Of a stretch of 64,000 bases of DNA, positions 58,391-64,000 are shown in pieces (the stretch's first letter is position 1; the number at the start of each line of letters is the position of its first letter). The notes beneath the pieces were generated by a model. It saw nothing but the letters and a program-made list of their open reading frames with translations. It searched no databases and was not told the origin of the DNA. Location: contig JAEOUA010000006.1 of NCBI GenBank assembly GCA_016839555.1, positions 384,001 through 448,000 of the forward strand. The letters run 5' to 3'. Position numbers and translations under genes: made by a program. This stretch comes from Promethearchaeota archaeon. Its GTDB lineage: Archaea; Asgardarchaeota; Lokiarchaeia; Sigyniarchaeales; SOKP01.

Positions 58391-59803
58391 ATGAATCAAA
58401 AAAATGATGCTGAAAAAGGAAAATTAAAAAGAGAATTAGGTTTAATATCCGTAATCTTTTTCTTGTTTGGATATATAGTAGGAGCAGGTATTCTTCTACA
58501 AACAGGAACCGCTGCTGCCATTACAGGCCCTGGCCTTTGGTTGGCATTCATTATTGCTGGGATACCTAATATGGTAAGTGCTATTATCATCTATTATATC
58601 GCCTCAGCTTTTCCCGTATCTGGAGGTGCATGGGTTTATTCTTCTAGATTACTTTCACCCTTTATTGGTTTTTTAGTATTAACTTCGGTAATGATACATA
58701 TTATTGGTGCATTATCATTCATTTCCATTGGATTTGGAAAATATTTTGAGCCCTTTATACCTGGTTCTACCTATTATATTGCATTAATAATATTAGCGAT
58801 TTTTTATGGTTTGAACATTTTTGGAGTAAAATTTACAGGCTCGGTTCAAGTTGTTTTAGCAATCTTAGGAGATTTTCTTATTTTAATTCTCTTTATAGTA
58901 ATAGGACTTCCTAATGTTGAAATTGCAAAACTGGCTGGCACGGAACAAACTATTTTTGGAAGTGCAGAGGGGATATTTCCTCAAGGTCTCGGAGGTGTAT
59001 TCGTAGGGGCCGTTATATTATCTTTCTCCTATGCTGGATTTACAGCAATCGTGGAAATTGGAGGCGAGATTAAAAACCCGAAGCGAACGGTTCCTTTAGG
59101 ATTATTTATAAGTTTAATAATGATTATGATTTTATATATTCTCATCTCCATAGTATTTGCTGGAAATTTGAGCTATTTCGAAATAGAAACAGGGAATAAA
59201 ACACTTATCAGCGTTTTTGAAAAAATAGGGATTTCTGGTTGGTTCTTAGTTTTTTTAAATATTCTGGTATTGATTGCGATTGGGTCCACGCTACATGGAA
59301 TCATTCTGGCATATTCTAGAAACCTTTTTTCTGCCGCAAGGGATAAAGTACTCCCTGATTTTTTAGCTAAGGTAAATAAAAGGTTTAGCACCCCCCATTG
59401 GGCAGTAACGTTTTTCTGCATTTCCTCCCTTGTTTTGTTAGTTTTTCGTCCTTCATATACAGATCTACAGTATTATTGTTCTTTAACTATAGCTATACCA
59501 ACAGTTATTCTAGCATTTGTTCCCTATTTACTTGGAAAGAAATATCCTGAACTTCTCGAAAAATCAAAATTCAAGATTAAAAAAAGATACCTCCTTATCT
59601 TGATTATATTTAACGTAGGGTATTCAATGTTGTCGATACTTGCGATTATAGGAATTAAGCTTTATCTTGTCCTCATAGTTGCGGGTTTATATGGCATCGC
59701 AATAATCTACTATGTTCTTAGAAAAAAATGGTTAAAAAAGAAAGGATTTGATCTTGACGAGATCTGTAGGCAAATCCCAGAAGAAACAAAGGAAGTAATA
59801 TAA
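58391..59803 (+). CDS. APC-family amino acid permease
   Basis: LKRELG, IVGAGI, FPVSGG, FSYAGF...EIKNPKR, SR.LFS.ARD..LP. Confidence 0.93.
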   Translation: MNQKNDAEKGKLKRELGLISVIFFLFGYIVGAGILLQTGTAAAITGPGLWLAFIIAGIPNMVSAIIIYYIASAFPVSGGAWVYSSRLLSPFIGFLVLTSVMIHIIGALSFISIGFGKYFEPFIPGSTYYIALIILAIFYGLNIFGVKFTGSVQVVLAILGDFLILILFIVIGLPNVEIAKLAGTEQTIFGSAEGIFPQGLGGVFVGAVILSFSYAGFTAIVEIGGEIKNPKRTVPLGLFISLIMIMILYILISIVFAGNLSYFEIETGNKTLISVFEKIGISGWFLVFLNILVLIAIGSTLHGIILAYSRNLFSAARDKVLPDFLAKVNKRFSTPHWAVTFFCISSLVLLVFRPSYTDLQYYCSLTIAIPTVILAFVPYLLGKKYPELLEKSKFKIKKRYLLILIIFNVGYSMLSILAIIGIKLYLVLIVAGLYGIAIIYYVLRKKWLKKKGFDLDEICRQIPEETKEVI

Positions 59804-59907
59804 AAAAATATTTTTAATCTTTCATTTCTTTTTTATTTTTCTTTTAAGCTAAATGACATTACTAGGACTAATCGAAAAAAGAAAAGGAATTGAGTAATTA
59901 TTTAAAC

Positions 59908-61104
59908 TTAAAACATATTCAAATCATAGATATTTCCTTCAGAATAAGTTTGAAATACTTGCCCCCACTCTGTCTTCATGAACTTTTTAATTCTTTTTTT
60001 GCCAACGGTGGGGTACCAAATCGCATCATGATAAATGAGTGATGCCATAATAGGAAATGCAAAAAAGATTTTATTATGTAATAAAGGCTCAAGAAAGCTC
60101 AATCTCCCCTTTCGCACAATTTGATCCACCCATATTATCAAACTTCTTTTAGCGGTGAAATCCCAATTTATTTCTGAGACATTTTCGCCTATTATTTCAA
60201 TTTGTTCAAAATCGCCACATCCAAGTCCCTCATCATGTGCCATTTTAATTGCGGGTAATTTCATGGGCTCAAAGCCGAGCATTTTCGACACCACAGTATC
60301 CACCGCTACTTGGTCATATCCTGCCAAGAGAAAATTTTTAATGCGAGGGATCATAATTCGCGGTCCAGCGCCATCTCCACAAACAGTGCCATCTACTATA
60401 GCCATAATTTCTGGATGAATTTGTTTCTGAATTATCAATAAATCTACAAGTACTTCGGACATAAATTGATGGCTGAAATGCCTCCGTTTAGTTAATAATC
60501 CGCCAAAAGCATTCTTCATCGCGCATGTAATACCTCCGTTTTTCATTTGACCTTTTGTGTATTTTAAAGAACCTCCCTCCTGTCCTGTATGACCATGGGT
60601 TTTCATTGTGGGCAAGTGGATTATAGGTTTATTCAAATAGAATTTTGGAATTCTAAACCCTTTTGGAAAGATTTTTGAATCTAATACATGGAGTTGTTTA
60701 TCTTTATATTTTATGAATTTATCCCGAAGAGATTCATATGGAACAAAGGGGATTCGTGTTAAGGGAACAAACCACGCGCCATATTTTTTAATGAGAGGGG
60801 CCCATCGATTCCCTTGAAGACCTTTTGCAATATTAGTAACCACCGTTTTGTTTTCTGCTGTAAAAAGTTTCTTAGGATTATATCCATCCTCAGTCATAGT
60901 TTTCAATACACCTTCTACTTGCCAGGGAGGGCTGCTACAAGCGGGAAAGAATTTAGACCAACTAAGATTGAGTTTAAGAATTATTTTCTGCTTTTTATTT
61001 AATTTTTTCTCATACCCCGCCATATGCATTAATTTTGCATAATCTTCCAACACTGTTTTTGGCGAAGTTTTAATAACGAATATTTGGGAGTTTTCTTTAG
61101 ACAT
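59908..61104 (-). CDS. DUF362-family protein
   Basis: KLNLSW..FFPACSS.PWQ, LPTMKTH, T.AMKNAFGGLL..RRH, DGT..GDG.GPR, D.VA.D. Confidence 0.88.
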   Translation of the reverse strand: MSKENSQIFVIKTSPKTVLEDYAKLMHMAGYEKKLNKKQKIILKLNLSWSKFFPACSSPPWQVEGVLKTMTEDGYNPKKLFTAENKTVVTNIAKGLQGNRWAPLIKKYGAWFVPLTRIPFVPYESLRDKFIKYKDKQLHVLDSKIFPKGFRIPKFYLNKPIIHLPTMKTHGHTGQEGGSLKYTKGQMKNGGITCAMKNAFGGLLTKRRHFSHQFMSEVLVDLLIIQKQIHPEIMAIVDGTVCGDGAGPRIMIPRIKNFLLAGYDQVAVDTVVSKMLGFEPMKLPAIKMAHDEGLGCGDFEQIEIIGENVSEINWDFTAKRSLIIWVDQIVRKGRLSFLEPLLHNKIFFAFPIMASLIYHDAIWYPTVGKKRIKKFMKTEWGQVFQTYSEGNIYDLNMF

Positions 61105-61114
61105 CTCTATTATT

Positions 61115-61810
61115 TTAAAAATATATTTCTTTTTTTATTTTATTTATTATAGTCAAAAAGTGAACAAACGGAGAGGAGAGATGCCCTTGGCTTTTAGCAT
61201 TATTGCTTAAAAGTTCATTTTTAATATTTTCTTGAGAAATATTTAAGTTCGTTTGAATTAAGGTATATCCATTGCCTATTTCTTTAATTGTATGTGCATC
61301 TGAACCTCCTGTTTCAAATAGATTATATTTATTTTTAAATTTCTCTGCTTTTTTTAAACAAAATTTAAAAATAGTACGGGAATTCATAATTTCTACCCCA
61401 TCAATATACTTATCAATCATATTTTTGGTTAAGAATTTTGTTTTTAAATGATTATCTCTTAGAAAATCAAAGGGGTGAGGGATTACTATTAATCCATTAT
61501 TCTCTTTAATATTCTGTATTATCGTGAAAAAATCATTATCCTTACAATCTATCTCATTGTCGATAAAGAGGGCTAACACTTCTCCTATATTTGTTTCAAT
61601 TTCCATCCCAGGAATGATTAAAAGATCTTTCGATTCTGGGTATTTTTTCAATATTTTATATGCTTTCAAACTATTATGGTCTGTGATTGCAAAGCCATCT
61701 AGCCCAATTTTCTTAGAATAAATAAGCAGATCCCTTGGTTTTATTAAAGAATCGCCGGAATATATGGTATGTACATGCATATCTAATTTTATTTCCTTCA
61801 TGATATTCAA
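61115..61810 (-). CDS. PHP-domain phosphoesterase
   Basis: DMHVHT.YS.D, AITDHN, GME, PHPFD, GGSDAH. Confidence 0.92.
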   Translation of the reverse strand: MNIMKEIKLDMHVHTIYSGDSLIKPRDLLIYSKKIGLDGFAITDHNSLKAYKILKKYPESKDLLIIPGMEIETNIGEVLALFIDNEIDCKDNDFFTIIQNIKENNGLIVIPHPFDFLRDNHLKTKFLTKNMIDKYIDGVEIMNSRTIFKFCLKKAEKFKNKYNLFETGGSDAHTIKEIGNGYTLIQTNLNISQENIKNELLSNNAKSQGHLSSPFVHFLTIINKIKKEIYF

Positions 61811-61823
61811 ATTCTAAAGAGCA

Positions 61824-62777
61824 TTAGAGAAATAGATTAAATAAATTATTAATAATGTTCATTATTTGGTCATAATAAAAAGAATATAATAATACAGCAC
61901 CAAATATTAAGCCTGCAATTATTATTCCCTTATCGAGAAAAACTTTTTCAGTGTTGCGGGCTATCTCTGGTCGTATTGAGGTTAGATACATATATCTCAT
62001 AAGTATGTATAAAACAATTGGAATTGTAAGAATAGTAATATATTCATTTATATGTACCCGCGTAGCACTAAATAGATCAAATTTGAGGATAAGATAAAGA
62101 CTATAGGTGATAAATATTGATCCAGCCATTAAAATATGGAGATGGTCTAAAAGTTTCAAGGAATAGGCATTATAGACTTTTTTATGTTTAATAGCATCCT
62201 CTTGGTTTCCCAAAGCACTTAAATCACCTTTTCGTTTAGCGATAACCAGAAATAATGCAATTTCATAGATTGATAAGATTAACCACGCAGAGATAAATTG
62301 ATTAATAAGAAAACAGCCCGCTAATGCCCTCCACACATATCCTAAAGACAATATTAAAATATCAATAAAAACATAGTTCTTTAACAAATGAGAATATAAT
62401 TGACCCGTAATTAGCATTAATAATAATATTATCGCAAATTCAAGGTTTGGAACGATAAAAATAAGACATAATGCTATTATAGCACCTAGAATTATTATTA
62501 TAATAATTGCAGTAGGAATCGATAAATCACCAGAAGCCAGAGGTTTCTTTTTGAATTTTTCGGAATGTTGTTTATCATACTCTATATCAACTATATCATT
62601 GATTATATAATTAATTGAAGATGTGAGGCCCAACAAGATGAATCCAATGATTAAAGAGATATAATATGAATAATTGAATAAATTTTCACTAAAAAAAATT
62701 CCAAGAAAAATTAATAAATTCTTATAATATTGGCGAAAGCGTAATAGCTTAATAATACTCTTAATATTTCTTAACAT
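61824..62777 (-). CDS. UbiA-family prenyltransferase, decaprenyl-phosphate phosphoribosyltransferase-like
   Basis: R..QYYKNLLIF, YIINDIVD.E.D..H..K.KPLASG, YS..LK....DI, KRKG.L, RY.YL. Confidence 0.88.
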   Translation of the reverse strand: MLRNIKSIIKLLRFRQYYKNLLIFLGIFFSENLFNYSYYISLIIGFILLGLTSSINYIINDIVDIEYDKQHSEKFKKKPLASGDLSIPTAIIIIIILGAIIALCLIFIVPNLEFAIILLLMLITGQLYSHLLKNYVFIDILILSLGYVWRALAGCFLINQFISAWLILSIYEIALFLVIAKRKGDLSALGNQEDAIKHKKVYNAYSLKLLDHLHILMAGSIFITYSLYLILKFDLFSATRVHINEYITILTIPIVLYILMRYMYLTSIRPEIARNTEKVFLDKGIIIAGLIFGAVLLYSFYYDQIMNIINNLFNLFL

Positions 62778-62812
62778 ATGTTAAAAAGTAAAAAAATTGT
62801 TAAAATTAAAAT

Positions 62813-64000
62813 TTATTGAAATATAATCATTTCTGGTCTTAATCTCTGAAATAATTTGTAAAAACCTTTAGAAAAGATTGACAATTCTGATTTTTTTTGA
62901 ATCATTCCCGTTTTACATTTGAAGTTAATAAAATCAAGCTGATTTAATGTAAGTTGTTTAATTTGATTAAAAATTGTATTAATTGTAATTTCTATTGCTG
63001 GTTCATCTTTCTCAGAATTTTTTCCTTTACCCCCAGAAGGTGCCGTGTTATAAACAAGATTTTTAATAAATCCTATTTCCATATTATTAACAGGTTTTTT
63101 GAGATAAAAATTAGCCTTAACATGATGGTTTTTTAACCATTCTAATAATTTTAGATCCGTATCTTTTAATTTTCCGTGTTTATTTATTGCTAATTGAACT
63201 CTTTCAGGAAAAATGATTACATCTTTAATACATATTGATAAAGTATCTTTTTCTTGTTCTGGTTCGGAATCTGCCTTTAATTCAAGAATTATATGATTGC
63301 TACCAGAAGATTTAACATTTATACATTTAAAAATGTGTATTGTTCCTTTTATTTTAAGAAAAATAGATCGCCCCTTAAATGATTCTATGAATTCTATCGG
63401 ATAAGGAATTTTAGTTTTATTAATAGGTTTTCTAATAATTTTCCCATTACAATCAGAAAAAATATAATTTCCTTCTGTTCCATAAGACCTTAATTCGATA
63501 TCATTCAATAATAGCGTTTTATCATCGATATAATAAGAACTATTTAAACTAATTTTCGTTCTTGAATAGAGAGAGGTACTTAGTAATTCAATTTTTCCAG
63601 TTTTTAAATTTTGTATTAAATAATATTCGGGATCGCATACATTATCTTGGAATTTAATATCTATTAATTTACCGATAATAATTTCCTTAGTTATTAGATT
63701 TCGGAAAATAAATTCTCTTCCTAAAGCTAATTTGTAATTCTCTTTTATTTTGAGATCTTCAGATAATTGAGCAACACTTTCGATCTTAAAATATTCTTTG
63801 AATTTTTTTGTTGCTATCTTTTGAATTATGTCTCGAACTTCTGAAAATTTTTTACCATATTTTCTCTGTTTAGATCTTCTTAGACATATAAAAGGTAATA
63901 TGGCTTCTTTTGCTGGTTTTATACTATTATTATTATCCAATATCGCAGCCAAGCGATGGAATGTTAAGGGATGAGAGTTTAAAAAATTGCTGAGGAGTGA
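62813..64000 (-). CDS. C-terminal part of a large protein, possibly an M48 peptidase with a long C-terminal extension; starts outside the window
   Basis: The frame is open to the window edge and reads SLLSNFLNSHPLTFHRLAAI; HP...R is typical of the M48/HtpX C-terminus. Confidence 0.55.
   Translation of the reverse strand, partial: SLLSNFLNSHPLTFHRLAAILDNNNSIKPAKEAILPFICLRRSKQRKYGKKFSEVRDIIQKIATKKFKEYFKIESVAQLSEDLKIKENYKLALGREFIFRNLITKEIIIGKLIDIKFQDNVCDPEYYLIQNLKTGKIELLSTSLYSRTKISLNSSYYIDDKTLLLNDIELRSYGTEGNYIFSDCNGKIIRKPINKTKIPYPIEFIESFKGRSIFLKIKGTIHIFKCINVKSSGSNHIILELKADSEPEQEKDTLSICIKDVIIFPERVQLAINKHGKLKDTDLKLLEWLKNHHVKANFYLKKPVNNMEIGFIKNLVYNTAPSGGKGKNSEKDEPAIEITINTIFNQIKQLTLNQLDFINFKCKTGMIQKKSELSIFSKGFYKLFQRLRPEMIIFQ

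Noticed and set aside
658-63136. Numerous short antisense or overlapping ORFs in the track (e.g. 658-936, 3586-4002, 32387-32599, 40868-41077)
   Set aside because: They are shadows of well-supported genes on the other strand or frame and carry no recognisable motifs.
1-64000. CRISPR arrays, transposases/integrases, rRNA genes
   Set aside because: No regularly spaced repeats, no mobile-element ORFs and no long GC-rich rRNA-like tracts were seen.

Overview
AT-rich archaeal chromosomal segment, most likely from an Asgard archaeon of the Lokiarchaeia type. That placement is inferred from the selenocysteine machinery, a roadblock protein, OSTC-, Yip1-, RING- and RPC34-like proteins, and low GC. 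The core is a rearranged ribosomal super-operon in three blocks: uL11-uL1-uL10-P1-secY-EMC3/DUF106; inverted eL34-cmk-eL14-tRNA-Ser; and uS19...uL15, including a uS14 gene missed by the ORF track. The window also carries SepSecS, tRNA-Sec and SelB, RNA-processing enzymes (RtcA, Rpp29, Trm1, RlmE), cofactor and metabolic genes, and two RadA paralogues. The most striking signals lie outside the ORF track: (1) a tRNA-Ile with a UAU anticodon split by three introns (21/22, 37-38/39, 59/60), each with a BHB-like splice motif; (2) a 9/4 tRNA-Sec with a 30-nt insertion inside its D-stem, directly upstream of SepSecS; (3) an in-frame TAA that cuts the conserved GIGSLF tail off the uL10 stalk protein; (4) a nested structured leader before rpl11; (5) paired TAGG-N8-CCTA operators at a probable cobalamin-uptake divergon; (6) DPM2-like and OSTC-like membrane proteins, and a UbiA-PHP-DUF362 cluster that may make a polyprenyl-phospho-pentose donor. 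I saw no CRISPR array, transposase, rRNA gene or convincing selenoprotein/SECIS. All family calls come from motif recognition by eye; no searches were run.
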